DNA of 64,000 bases from Eledone cirrhosa (lineage: Eukaryota): NCBI GenBank assembly GCA_964016885.1, contig OZ024764.1, forward strand, positions 11,656,001-11,720,000. Reading direction: 5' to 3'. The position numbers and the translations under genes were made by a program. Numbering within the stretch: the stretch's first letter is position 1; every line of letters begins with the position of its first letter. Below are positions 12,296 through 26,464 of this stretch, in pieces. A model generated the notes under the pieces. It ran no database searches. It was not told the DNA's origin and saw nothing but the letters and a program-made list of their open reading frames with translations.

Positions 12296-12305
<10 letters not shown>
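11785..12305. mobile_element. Penelope-like pLTR remnant: ~120-bp inverted repeats enclosing a hammerhead
   Basis: 11785-11916 is the imperfect reverse complement of 12184-12305; flanked by TA runs. Confidence 0.7.
12082..12155 (-). ncRNA. Minimal type-I hammerhead ribozyme, core intact
   Basis: Minus strand CTC-CTGAAGA-GTCCG...CGGAC-GAAAC-CATG-GTA-GAG. Stem I CTC/GAG, stem II GTCCG/CGGAC, palindromic stem III ACCATGGT, GUA triplet. Confidence 0.8.
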
Positions 12306-12388
<83 letters not shown>

Positions 12389-12605
12389 TAGATATATATA
12401 ATGTGAGTGTGTGTTTACATGTGCATATGTATGCATGTATATATATATATGTATTTATGTGTGTTTATATACACACACACATATATATATACAAACACAT
12501 ACACATCACGTGTGTGTGTGTATATATATATATATATAGATGCATATATGTGTGTGTGTCCATCCACACATCATATATGTATATATATATATATATATAT
12601 GTGTT

Positions 12606-12648
<43 letters not shown>

Positions 12649-13617
12649 ATATATATATATCTATGTATATATATATATCTATGTATATATATATATATAT
12701 GTGTTTGTGTGTATATGTGTGTGTGTGTGTATATATATATGTATATATATTTGTACTAGTGTGTATACATGTGTGCGTCTGGTTAATATAAATGTATATT
12801 TAATTCAATAATATTCTAATTTTCTCTTCCATTAAAATCCCCCCGTAAAGCTTATCCTATCCACCCTCTCTGCACCACAGCCAGCATCCCCCACTACACC
12901 AACCAACAGTACCCCCCCCCCCCCTTACAATCACTGTCAACACCAAAACAGCAATAATATGCAGCGTTTATCCATATCAACATATGAAATGTGTTTAGGT
13001 TTAACACATGATATAAATCATGTAATTTTAGAATGATTTTGTGCGTGTTTATATATATATATGTGTGTGTGTGTGTGTATGTGTATATGTGTATATGTAT
13101 GTTGTTTGCGCGCACCCACATATATATATATATGTATGTGTTCATTTGTATGCATATATGTGTGTTAATGCGCAGATACACACACATATCTCTATGTCCA
13201 TATGTAAATATATATGTGTGTGTGTATGTATAAATGTATGTATGTATATATATGTGTGTGTATGTGTCCATGTGTATATGTGTATATGTATGTTGTTTGC
13301 GCGCACCCACATATATATATATATATATGTGTTCATTTGTATGCATATATGTGTGTTAATGCACAGATACACACACATATCTCTATGTCCATATGTAAAT
13401 ATATATGTGTGTGTATGTATAAATGTATGTATGTATATGTAGTGTGTTTCTATATATATATATATGCACATGAGTGTGTATGTATATATATATATATTTT
13501 TTTTTTTCGTTTAACGTCTATCTTCCACACTAATATATATATATATACATATGTATGAGTGTGTGTATGTATGTATGTATATGTGTGTGTCTCTATATAT
13601 ATGCACATATGTATGTG

Positions 13618-13652
<35 letters not shown>

Positions 13653-13793
13653 ACCCTTGCAAGCAGGGAAAAGCGGAAGTAAAATGATGATGATGATATA
13701 TATATATACATATGTATGAGTATGTGTATGTATGTATATTCATTCAAACGTAATTATTTATGTATGTGTGTTTATATATGTGTATAAACATGC

Positions 13794-13842
<49 letters not shown>

Positions 13843-13915
13843 AGTATGTGTATGTATGTATATTCATTCAAACATAATTATTTATGTATGTGTTTATATA
13901 TGTGTATAAACATGC

Positions 13916-13970
<55 letters not shown>

Positions 13971-14045
13971 AGTATGTGTATGTATGTATATTCATTCAAA
14001 CGTAATTATTTATGTATGTGTGTTTATATATGTGTATAAACATGC

Positions 14046-14102
<57 letters not shown>

Positions 14103-14659
14103 AGTATGTGTATGTATGTATATTCATTCAAACATAATTATTTATCTATGTGTGTTTATATATGTGTATAAACATGCATGTGTGTATGTAAATATATTTA
14201 ATAAATATTTATGCTAGAACACAGCTTCTCTCTGATTATTTTAAGATAAACTTAAGTTAGATACAGCTGCCATTTTTGAATTAGAAGTTTTCACTGTGAA
14301 AAGAATAAAGTGTAAACACCTTTCAGTTATTCCTACATACATTATCTTTATGCCTTTCTGATTTTATTGTGGCTTCACCTGTGAACAATTATTTCTATGT
14401 TTGCTTGTATGGTGCTATATATATCATACAGGGGATAGAGACCTTTTATTTTTCTTGGGAGAGCCATGGGGGAAGAGTTTTCAAGCAGCACACCTTTAGC
14501 ATGTCTGGTCAGAAGCAACTGTCACCATTTGATCTGGCTGGATCACCAATTGAGACCAGCCGAGCTCATGGATGTTAGCTGACCATTTTGCTTGGGGCAT
14601 AACACAGAGTCTCCTACCATCATTAATTTATATAAAAAAACCTTTGTTAAGTTATGTTC

Positions 14660-15282
14660 AGAGTTGCTGAAGCATGGAACAAACTACCTGCATCAGTTGT
14701 TAGCTGTCGAGACACTGCATCCTTTAAAACCTCCACGGAACAAACTACCTGCATCAGTTGTTAGCTGTCGAGACACTGCATCCTTTAAAACCTCCATGGA
14801 ACAAACTACCTGCATCAGTTGTTAGCTGTCGAGACACTGCATCCTTTAAAACCTCCATGGAACAAACTACCTGCACCAGTTGTTAGCTGTCGAGACACTG
14901 CATCCTTTAAAACCTCCATGGAACAAACTACCTGCATCAGTTGTTAGCTGTCGAGACACTGCATCCTTTAAAACCTCCATGGAACAAACTACCTGCATCA
15001 GTTGTTAGCTGTCGAGACACTGCATCCTTTAAAACCTCCATGGAACAAACTCTCTGCATCAGTTGTTAGCTGTCGAGACACTGCATCCTTTAAAACCTCC
15101 ATGCTTCCTGAAATTCACCGACACTACACCTGATATCCCCCCTCCACACACACATGTATATCATGACTCACACTATTCACTTCCCTGACATTTGTATATT
15201 ATTCTATGTACTATACATGCACCTTTGACGATTTGTAGTGCACCTGAGCACTATACACAATAATTTCATTATTATTATTATT
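14660..15282 (+). mobile_element. CR1/L2-group LINE 3' end with 7 tandem 61-bp copies of its coding tail
   Basis: Reads RVAEAWNKLPASVVSCRDTASFKTSM...HYT*, followed by a 3' UTR ending in (ATT)n. Unit starts at 14676, 14737 ... 15042. It interrupts the MITE motif GTTATGTTC|CAAACACC. Confidence 0.75.
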
Positions 15283-15624
15283 AAACACCAACTTGATAAT
15301 GAGAAATTTAGTTATATTTTTAAATTCAGAATATACAAATTGTTATGAAAATTATTGTGTCGTACATTAGAAATATGGTAATGAAAGGGTTAAAGTGTTT
15401 ATATTTATCTAAGAACCTTTAAGTTATGTTCCAAACACCAACAGTGTCTTTCATTAGAAATATGGTAATGAAAGGGTTAAAGTGTTTATATTTATCTAAA
15501 AACCTTCCATCATAAATATATGTACAAACCTTTGTTAAGTTATGTTCCAAACACCAAAATATTAGACATATGATAACAAAAATGTTCAAGTAAAATGTTA
15601 TTAGAGAGACAGAGAGCGAGGCGT

Positions 15625-15815
15625 ATTGGCAGTATCGGTAGAGCATGGCATGGAGTTTAGGCCCTTTACGATCTGAGCTCAAATCTCGCTGAGGTTAGCT
15701 TTGCTGTTCATCCTTACGGGGTCGATAAAATAAAGTACCAGTCACGTACTGGGCTCGATTTAATCAACTTCCCCTCCCCCAGAATTGATGGCCTTGTGTC
15801 TATAGTAGAAACCAT
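15625..15815 (+). mobile_element. SINE family A copy
   Basis: TTGGCAGTATCGGTAGAG head, TCATCCTTACGGGGTCGATAAAATAAAGTACCAG body. Confidence 0.75.
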
Positions 15816-16259
15816 TATATAAAAGGTGAGAGAGATGTTACTTTCTCTTTCTCATTCTCCAACTCTCTCTTTCTCTCCCTCCCTCTCTCTTTCTCTCTCT
15901 CGCACTCTTTCTCTCCCTCCCTCTCTCTCTCTTTCTCTCCCTCCCTCTCTCTCTCTTTCTCTCCCTCCCTCTCTTTCTCTCTCTCCCTTTCTATCTCTCT
16001 CTCTCTTTCTCTCTCTCTCTTTCTCTCTCTCCCTTTCTATCTTTCTCTCTCTCTACCTCTCTCTCCCTCTATCTTCTCTCACCCTCTCTCACTTTCTATC
16101 CTCCTCCTCTTCCTCTATGGTTCCTACTCTCTCCCTCTCTCAGTGCCACGCCCTTCCCTCACCCCTACCCTACTCCCCCAACCACTCCACTCCAACCACA
16201 CTCCAGCAACAGGAAAATGGAAAGTAAACACAGCGGGTTAGTTTCTGACCCCCTTGAGA

Positions 16260-16810
16260 ACACACCACCATCCCACCACACCACTCCACCACCACTATCA
16301 CCACACCACACCACACCACTCTATCACCACACCACCACACAACTCTATCACCACCACCACACCACTCTATCACCACTACCACACCACCACCATTATCAAA
16401 CCACCACACCACTACCTCCACTACACACCACCACTACACCACCACCAATAACAGCAGCAGCACCACCAAAAACACCTCTCCAAGCACCTCCACGACCATC
16501 ACCATCATGAACACACTACACACCACCACCACCACCACCATCTCCACCACCACCACCATCACTACACACCGCCACCACTGCCACCACCACCACTACACCA
16601 CCACCACCACCACTACACCACCACCACACTACCACCAACACCAACACCACTACACCACCACAACCACTACACCACCACCACCACAACTACACCACCACCA
16701 CCACACTACCACTACCACTACCCACCACCACCACCACCACCACCAGTACACCACCACAACCACTACACCACCACAACCACTACACTGCCACCAACACCAA
16801 CACCACCACC
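16260..16810. repeat. (ACC)n low-complexity tract
   Basis: Directly visible. Confidence 0.9.
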
Positions 16811-16944
16811 TTCATGTGTCTGTCTGTGTGTCACAGATCATTCCAGAAGTATTAAACTAGGATTACATCAGTATTGAATAAGTCACATTGATTCCCGTGG
16901 GAAGTCTTAAAGCCCTGTTTTAGCTACAGGTTGTATATAGACTG

Positions 16945-17695
<751 letters not shown>

Positions 17696-17847
17696 TATAG
17701 CTATCAATCACTATATCTATCTATCTAGCTATATATACACAGATACCTGGAAAATTGGATGTTTCTCAAAACAATACTCAATTGGGGGGGGGGGGTGCTA
17801 AAGTGGCTGGAGAAACTGTGAATACATACTATGATATATATATATAT

Positions 17848-18816
17848 CATCATCATCATCATCATCAACGTTTAACGTCCGTGTTCCACGCTTGCATGGG
17901 TTTGGACGGGGGTAGTCCCACTTGAGGCAAGAGTGGTTGTCTTGCTCGCATAGGACTGTCTGGCAGGTTTTCTACAGTTGGATGCCCTTCCTAACACCAA
18001 CCACATTTACAGTGTGGGTCTGGGAGGTTTTTACCGTGTTGCCTACACGGCCACATTACAGCGTGGACTGTCTGGCGGGTTTTCTACAGTTGGATGCCCT
18101 TCCTAACACCAACCACATTTACAGTGTGGGGCTGGGAGGTTTTTACCGTGTTGCCTACACGGCCACATTACAGCGTGGACTCTCTGGCGGGTTTTCTACA
18201 GTTGGATGCCCTTCCTAACACCAACCACATTTACAGTGTGGGGCTGGGAGGTTTTTACCGTGTTGCCTACACGGCCACATTACAGCGTGGACTCTCTGGC
18301 GGGTTTTCTACAGTTGGATGCCCTTCCTAACACCAACCACATTTACAGTGTGGGGCTGGGAGGTTTTTACCGTGTTGCCTACACGGCCACATTACAGCGT
18401 GGACTCTCTGGCGGGTTTTCTACAGTTGGATGCCCTTCCTAACACCAACCACATTTACAGTGTGGGTCTGGGAGGTTTTTACCGTGTTGCCTACACGGCC
18501 ACATTACAGCGTGGACTGTGTGTCTTTTTGTCGTGACACCTACACGATCTCATTTGTTTCGGCCTCGATGGCGCGGCACCAACATAACTTTACATAGAAC
18601 GGGGTGGTGTGGATGGGGTGGGGGCGGGGGTGGGGGACGGGGTGTATTTTGTTAGAGATGCCTACTGGCTGGAGTAGTTTTTACTCTATATTTAGGTAAG
18701 GCGGGTCTTCTCTGTTACTGAGTACCGCCAAAGGTCTCGGTCCAGTGACATTGTCTTGGAGAGGTGTAAGTGTGTGAGGTCGGAGTTTATCAGCTCGTCC
18801 CAGAGTTTATCAGCTC
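17848..18816 (-). mobile_element. RTE-clade LINE 3' end (ORF end, 3' UTR, (GAT)n) with 5 tandem 112-bp units in the UTR
   Basis: Minus-strand ORF end [10 protein letters not shown]...[18 protein letters not shown]. Period 112 (ORF-track starts 18094/18206/18318). Confidence 0.8.
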
Positions 18817-19286
<470 letters not shown>

Positions 19287-19409
19287 CATAGCTGTTGAAA
19301 CGGTAAAAGCTCAGTCATCGGGTCCCGACACTTTATGATATATATATATATATGTATATATATACACTTATTATATATACATATATGTATATATATATAT
19401 ATATATATA

Positions 19410-20153
19410 TGCTTCGTTGGATGTGCAATGTCAATGTGCGTGAACGACCAAGCATAGACGAGTTGAGAAAGAAACTGGGTATAAGAGGGATAAGTTGTGA
19501 TGTGCAGGAGAGAAGATTGAGATGGTATGGACATGTGATGCGCATGGAGGATGACCGCTGGGTAAAGAAGTGCCAAGAAATCCCAGTAGAAGGAAGACGC
19601 AGTAGAGGAAGACCACGAAAATCATGGGCGGAGGTGGTGAGAGCTGACTTCAGATTGCTGAAGCTCACGGAGGAGATTGACGAAGGACCGTGGCAAGTGG
19701 AGAGATGCTGTGCTGAATAGGACCCGTCCCACCCTTGCAAGCAGGGAAAAGCGGACGTAAAATGATGATGATGATGATATATATGAAAGGGTCAAATTAG
19801 ATGAGATGCAGATTGGTTTTGTGCCTGGGAAAAGTACAACAGATGCCCTCTTCTTAGTGAGACAACTACAAGAGAGGTTCTTAGAGAAGAATAAGCCACT
19901 ATACTTAGCTTTTATGAGAATACTGCTGCACCAGTCTTTGGGTATGACACTGCCATATATAGCTTGATTGAAGACGCAGTAGAGGTAGACCACGAAAAAC
20001 ATGGGCGGAAGTGGTGAGAGCTGAGCTCAGATCGCTGAAGCTCACGGAGGAGATGATGAAGGACCGTGACAAGTGGAGAGATGGTGTGCTGAATAGGACC
20101 CGTCCCACACTTGCAAGCAGGGAAAAGCGGACATAAAATGATGATGATGATGA
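19410..20153 (+). pseudogene. RTE-clade LINE fragments (C-terminus with tail, an RT piece, a second 3' end)
   Basis: MLRWMCNV...RRLRWYGHVMRM...EGRRSRGRPRKSW; LDEMQIGFVPGKSTTDALFLVRQLQERFLEKNKPLYLAF; tails end GGAC(G/A)TAAAA(TGA)n. Confidence 0.85.
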
Positions 20154-20276
20154 TATACAATATATATATATATATATATATAAGCAATGAGTTATTTAAT
20201 TTGTTGGTTATTCAACAAATTTAGTTTATAACAGTTTAGAAGCACTCTACAAGTTTTCTTCTGGAGTATAATATCA

Positions 20277-20460
20277 ATAATTGTTTCTACTTTAGGCACA
20301 AGGCCAGCAATTACCCAGTGCATTACTGGTACTTTATTTTATGGACCCTGTAAGGATGAAAGGCAAAGTCAACCTCGGCGGAATTTGAACTTAGATCGTA
20401 AAGGGACGTAACTATGCTGGAAAGCATGGTGTCTGACTCTCTATCGATACTGCCAATCCA
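20277..20460 (-). mobile_element. SINE family A copy
   Basis: GTAAGGATGAAAGGCAAAGTCAACCTCGGCGGAATTTGAAC. Confidence 0.8.
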
Positions 20461-20489
20461 CTTGGAAACTATCTTTATAAAACCATATT

Positions 20490-20551
20490 TATTTTATTAT
20501 ATATATTTCAAGGGTACCAAAACTTTTGGAACGCTCTCATCAGATAAAATA
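20490..20551 (-). ncRNA. Minimal type-I hammerhead ribozyme
   Basis: Minus strand TATTTTAT-CTGATGA-(GAGCGTTCCAAAAGTTTTGGTACCCTT)-GAAAT-ATAT-ATA-ATAAAATA; 8-bp stem I. Confidence 0.7.
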
Positions 20552-21209
20552 CAAAAGTTGTTTTACAGATAGTGACATATTCAAGACAAGAACTTAGCAT
20601 TTTGAGTTCTGTTTGAATAGTATATATATATAAATGGTGTGGAATGTTTAAAGTGTCCATAAGCAGTAGGCCGTTTGAGCATTCGATGCTCTTACAGAGC
20701 AGAGTATAATATCACATAAGAAACGGAGAATCAATGGTGCAACAAATAAGATTTATTAGACATACAAGCAGAAAAACCACCCTCGAGTGGTTTTCTGCTA
20801 GCATGTGTAGTGTGTATATTGTTATTATACGCAAGTATATATACATGTAGATATGATACATGAAATAAAATCGTAATTGACAATATATAATACATAGAAA
20901 TTGAACGAAGACGTTGTTACACTGTCTTATGTAATCAGTAACATAAACCATGATGCATTAAAAAAAGACGATATTATATATAAACCGCATTAGGAGAAAA
21001 TTAGTGACAGAAAATTAGTATGTTTATTTAAGTGATTGCCACTGGAAGTGTTGACATCACACACTCTCTCTTTCTATATATATGGTAGTTGAAGTGGTGA
21101 TGTTGGCAACGATATACCGGAAGTTAATTTTAAATTATTTATTTTTACGAAATTATTTTTGTTTATGAAATTTAGTAGATAAATTATGTAATATTCCTTC
21201 ATTATTTAT

Positions 21210-21380
21210 TTGGCAGTATCAGTAGAGGGTTGGACGCCATGATTTCTAGCATAGTTACGTCCCTTTACAGTCTGAGTTCAAATCCCGCTGAGGTTAACTT
21301 CACCTTTCATCCTTACGAGGTCGATAAAATAAAGTACCAGTAATGTACTGGGGTAATTGCTGGCCTTGGTCCTAAAGTAG
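21210..21380 (+). mobile_element. SINE family A copy
   Basis: GAGTTCAAATCCCGCTGAGGTTAACTTCACCTTTCATCCTTACGAGGTCGATAAAATAAAGTACCAG. Confidence 0.8.
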
Positions 21381-21464
21381 ACCAGCTCGAGGCACGATCG
21401 ATGTGATGATCGAACCTGACTCTGAAATCGCAAGGTCCTCAGATATGTCTCCGTTTCTTATGTG

Positions 21465-21495
<31 letters not shown>

Positions 21496-21508
21496 ATATA
21501 TATATGTA

Positions 21509-21551
<43 letters not shown>

Positions 21552-21610
21552 CAAGGCTCTGATACCATCAACACCATAAACACAGAGCTGGCATATCTAA
21601 GAACTGACTA

Positions 21611-21666
21611 ACTGCTTGATGAGGTCATAGCCATTCAATGGCTATCATTGAAATATATATAACAGT
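21611..21666 (+). ncRNA. Degenerate minimal hammerhead ribozyme motif
   Basis: ACTGC-TTGATGA-GGTCATAGCCATT c AATGGCTATCATT-GAAAT-ATAT-ATA-ACAGT, with a C>T change in the core. Confidence 0.55.
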
Positions 21667-22313
21667 ATATAGAAGTATATAGAAGTATATATAGAAGTAT
21701 ATAGAAGTATTATGAGTTCATGCAATTGACTTATGTTTCGTCACTATATATATATAGTTCTTTTTTGTGCATGCACTACCACCACCACTACAACAAACAA
21801 CAACCACAACCACCAAAACTAGAACCTCTACCACCTTTTAAAACACCACACCACACCACACCACACTCCCAACACCTTTCCCCCATTTCATCAGGTTTGT
21901 ACACCAGTGAAAGCAGTTTTACACGAGATGTGACGAGGCCCAGCTCGTCTATTTGTGGCAGGCAGTCCCACAATTTAATTTAATTTAGCCGGGAGGTGGG
22001 GTGGACTGGGGAGGTGGGGGCAGGTGTTTTGCATATAATCGTACTAATTAATGTGTGAGACAGCTAAATGCAGTGTTGGGCAATTATTATTTCGTTGCTT
22101 GGCAACAAAAATTAATTGCTTCCTCCTCCCTCCGCCACTCTACCACCTCTTCTCTTCTTCTACCTCCAAAACCACCTCCTGTTGCTCTTCTCCCCCCCCC
22201 TCTCTCTCCCTCCCCCCCTCTCTCTCTATCCCTCCCCCCTCTCTCTCTCTCTATCCCTCCCCCCTCTCTCTCTCACTGTTTCTCTCTTCCCCTCTCTTTA
22301 GTATTGTCATTTT

Positions 22314-23100
22314 CCACCACAACCACCACAACCAGCACCACCACAACAACAACAGTCCTAAACCGCCACTCCACCACGACCACCACCATCACCACCATTA
22401 CCACCATCAGCACCACCACCATCACCACCACCACCACCACCACCACCACTATCAGCACCACCACCATCACCATCACCACAACTAACACTGTTACCAGCAC
22501 TAACACCACCACCACCACCATCATCACAGGCACCACCACCATCATCACAAGCACCACCATCACCACCACCACCACCATCACCACCATCATCACAAGCACC
22601 ACCATCACCACCACCACCACCATCACCACCACCACCAACAACCCCACCACCATCATCACAACCATCACCACCACCATCACTACCACTAACACCACCACCA
22701 CTACCATCATCACAACTCACACCACCACTACCAACACCACCACCACCACTACCAACACCATCACCACTAACACCACCACCACTACAAACACAATCACCAC
22801 TAACACCACCACCACTACAAACACCACCACCACTACAAACACCACCACTAACACCACCACCACTACAAACACCACCACCACTACAAACACAATCACCACT
22901 AACACCACCACCACTACAAACACCACCACCACCACTAACACCACCACCACTACAAACACCATCACCATCAACACCACCACTAACACCACCACCACTACCA
23001 ACACCACCACCACTACCAACACCACCACCACTACCAACACCACCACCACTACCAACACCATCAACACCACCACCACCACCACCACCACTAACACCACTAC
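22314..23100. repeat. (ACC)n/(ACT)n low-complexity tract
   Basis: Directly visible. Confidence 0.9.
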
Positions 23101-24109
23101 CAGTTTTATCAACACATACAGACACACAGACACACTATCACAGAAACCTCTACATACCTGGAGTTTAGAACTTGTTAGAAATAGCAGCCAAATTTCCCTC
23201 AAATTGCACCATACTGCCTTCTATATACGAACATATGTACATATGTAGGTATATATATATATATGTATGTATGTCTGTATGTGTGTGTATGTGTGTATAT
23301 ATGTAGGTATATATATATATGTATGTCTGTATGTGTGTGTATATATGTATATGTGTAGGTATATATGTATATGTGTAGGTATATATATGTATGTATGTCT
23401 GTATGTATGTATGTGTGTGTACGTGTGTATATATGTATGTGTAGGTATATATGTATGTGTAGGTATATATATGTATGTATGTCTGTATGTATGTGTGTAT
23501 GTGTGTATATATGTATATGTGTAGGTATATATGTATATGTGTAGGTATATATATGTATGTATGTCTGTGTGTGTATGTGTGTGTATATATGTATATGTGT
23601 AGGTATATATACGTATGTATGTATGTATGTGTGTGTATGTGTGTATGTATGTATGAATGTGTATGTATATATGTATGTGTCTCTGTATGCTCTGTATGTA
23701 CGTATGTATTCACGTAATTATATATGTAGGTATATATATGTATGTATGTCTATCTGTGTGTATGTGTGTATGTGTATGTATGTATGTATGAATGTGTATG
23801 TATATATGTATGTGTCTCTGTATGTACGTATGTATTCACGTAATAGGTATATATATATGTATATATATATGTATGTATGTATGTATATATATGTGTGTAT
23901 ATATATGTATGTATACTAGCATGGAAGATGAAAGATTAAAGACATTAAACAATGCTGATGATGATGATGATATATATATGTATATATATATATATATGTA
24001 TGTTTGTATGTATATTGTCTCTTTCCCTTAATTTTGAATTTATTTCTGACTGGCCACCTTCCCGGTGGCAAGGTTGTAAAGAAAAGGTAACTGTCATTGT
24101 CCCTTATGT

Positions 24110-24375
24110 AAACATACATCGTTTGAATCGTAAGAATGTTTTGCAGAAGCTGAAGTCTCCAGATGTCTCGGCCATTTGTTGCTTATGAAATAAGGAGCTA
24201 TGTTCTTTCTTCAAAATCCAAGTTTGGTCATAATTTGGTCCAAGCGGGTTGGTATATAACCTGTAGCTCCAATAATATTAGGTATGAACGGTATATCATG
24301 GGTATTGGAACTGCAAACTCCTCAACAATGGTCTGTAGTTATCTTTCTTGTCATATATTTTTATTACTACATTGA
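24110..24375 (-). pseudogene. Decayed C-terminus of a restriction-like-endonuclease non-LTR retrotransposon (R4/NeSL/R2 group)
   Basis: Manual minus-strand translation with frameshifts: KDNYRPLLRSLQFQYP / IPNIIGATGYIP / CKTFLRF, resembling the RLE K..Y..L...IPxxIGAxG motif. Confidence 0.5.
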
Positions 24376-24381
24376 CATCAA

Positions 24382-25060
24382 CTACAGCTGGATGCCCTTC
24401 CTAACTCCAACCTCATTTACAGTGTGGACTGGGTGCTTTTTTGTCGTGACACCTACATGACCACTTTACAGTGTGGATTGGGTACTTTTTGTCGTGACAC
24501 CTACATGACCACTTTACTGTGTGGGCTGGGTGCTTTATTGTTGTGTCACCTACATGACCACTTTACAGTGTGGGCTGGGTACTTTTGTTGTGCCACCTAC
24601 ATGACCACTTTACAGTGTGGACTGGGTGCTTTTTTGTTGTGACACCTACATGACCACTTTACAGTGTGGACTGGGTGCTTTCTTGTTGTGACACCTACAT
24701 GACCACTTTACAGTGTGGACTGGGTGCTTTTTTGTTGTGACACCTACATGACCACTTTACAGTGTGGACTGGGTGCTTTTGTTGTGACACACCTACATGA
24801 CCACTTTACAGTGTGACTGGGTGCTTTTTTTGTTGTGACACCTACATGACCACTTTACAGTGTGGACTGGGTGCTTTTGTTGTGACACACCTACATGACC
24901 ACTTTACAGTGTGACTGGGTGCTTTTTTTGTTGTGACACCTACATGACCACTTTACAGTGTGGACTGGGTGCTTTTTGTCGTGACACCTACATGACCACT
25001 TTACTGTGTGGGCTGGGTGTTTTTTTGTCGTGACACCTACATGACCACTTTGTAGTGGGA
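24382..25060. repeat. ~42-44-bp minisatellite amplified from the SINE-B/RTE 3' segment
   Basis: Unit GACACCTACATGACCACTTTACAGTGTGGACTGGGTGCTTTTTTGTTGT, preceded by CTACAGCTGGATGCCCTTCCTAAC. Confidence 0.85.
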
Positions 25061-25479
25061 GGGGATGAGGGGCATATTGTCTATATGCTTCAGCTTCGGC
25101 TGAAGCATATAAACTAACACCACCAACACCACCACTATCACCACCACCACCACCACCACTAACACCACCACTACCATCACCACCACCACCAACACTGCTG
25201 CCTCCACCACCACCACCAGCGCCACCACCTACCTTCTAATGTGTATATAAATCCAATTAGGAAATGTTGATAGCAGCTAAACCATTTAAAGTCGAAGCTT
25301 CATGTTAGAGATACTCGGTGATGGCGGTGGTGGTGGTGGTGGTGGTGGTGAGGGTGGTGGTGGTGGTGGTTGGGGGGATGAGCTGAATCAGTCAGGTAAA
25401 ACAAAATTGGTGTCATAGCTAATGACTGGTGTAACGGTGTAATAATTAATTGTTAACGGGGCGGGGGCGGGGGTGGGGG

Positions 25480-25745
25480 AATGTGATGCACTAGAAAAGA
25501 ACAAATGCAGAGACATCAATCTGGCAGATCATGTTATGAAAATAATGGAAAATGTTCTCGTACAATAAATTAGGGAAAGAGTCAAATTAGATGAAATGCA
25601 GTTTGGTTTTGTGCCAGACAGGAACATCACAGCGGGAAGCTCCTTTTTAGTGAAACTGCTACATGAGAAGTTTTTAAGTGTAAGTCACTGTATCAAGCTT
25701 TTGTTCATCTGGTGGTCTTTCAGAGAATACCAGGTTGTGTTTATA
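25480..25745 (+). pseudogene. Decayed RTE reverse-transcriptase fragment
   Basis: HVMKIMENVL...IRERVKLDEMQFGFVP. Confidence 0.7.
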
Positions 25746-25770
25746 TAGTGAGAGAAGTTCTTGGTTAAAT

Positions 25771-26320
25771 TTAACCCTTTAGCATTTATATTACTCTATA
25801 TATACTATTGTATTTTCACAGTAAAGGCTTTACCTCACATAATATCTCACATAACATTTACAGTACTCTATATATACTATTGTATTATCACAGTAAAGGC
25901 TTTACCTCACATAATATCTCACATAACATTTACAGTACTCTATATATACTATTGTATTGTCACAGTAAAGGCTTTACCTCACATAATATCTCACATAACA
26001 TTTACATTACTCTATATATATTATTGTATTTTCACAGTAAAGGCTTTACCTCACATAATATCTCACATAACATTTACAGTACTCAATATATACTATTGTA
26101 TTGTCACAGTAAAGGCTTTACCTCACATAATATCTCACATAACATTTACATTACTCTATATATACTATTGTATTTTCACAGTAAAGGCTTTACCTCACAT
26201 AATATCTCACATAACATTTACAGTACTCAATATATACTATTGTATTGTCACAGTAAAGGCTTTACCTCACATAACATTTACATTACTCTATATATACTAT
26301 TATATATTCTTGGTAAAGGC
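25771..26320 (+). repeat. 72-bp minisatellite (~7 units) starting at a piggyBac-type MITE end
   Basis: Starts TTAACCCTTTAGCATTTA; reverse complement of the 48965-58940 array unit. Confidence 0.9.
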
Positions 26321-26464
26321 TGGTACCTGTTAGATAGGACCCTAAGATAACACTGGTATATGTGAGACATGACCCTAAGATAACACTGGTACGTTAGATG
26401 TGACCCTAAGATATTACTGGTATGTGGTAGATATGACCCTAAGATATCACAATGTGTTTTTTTC

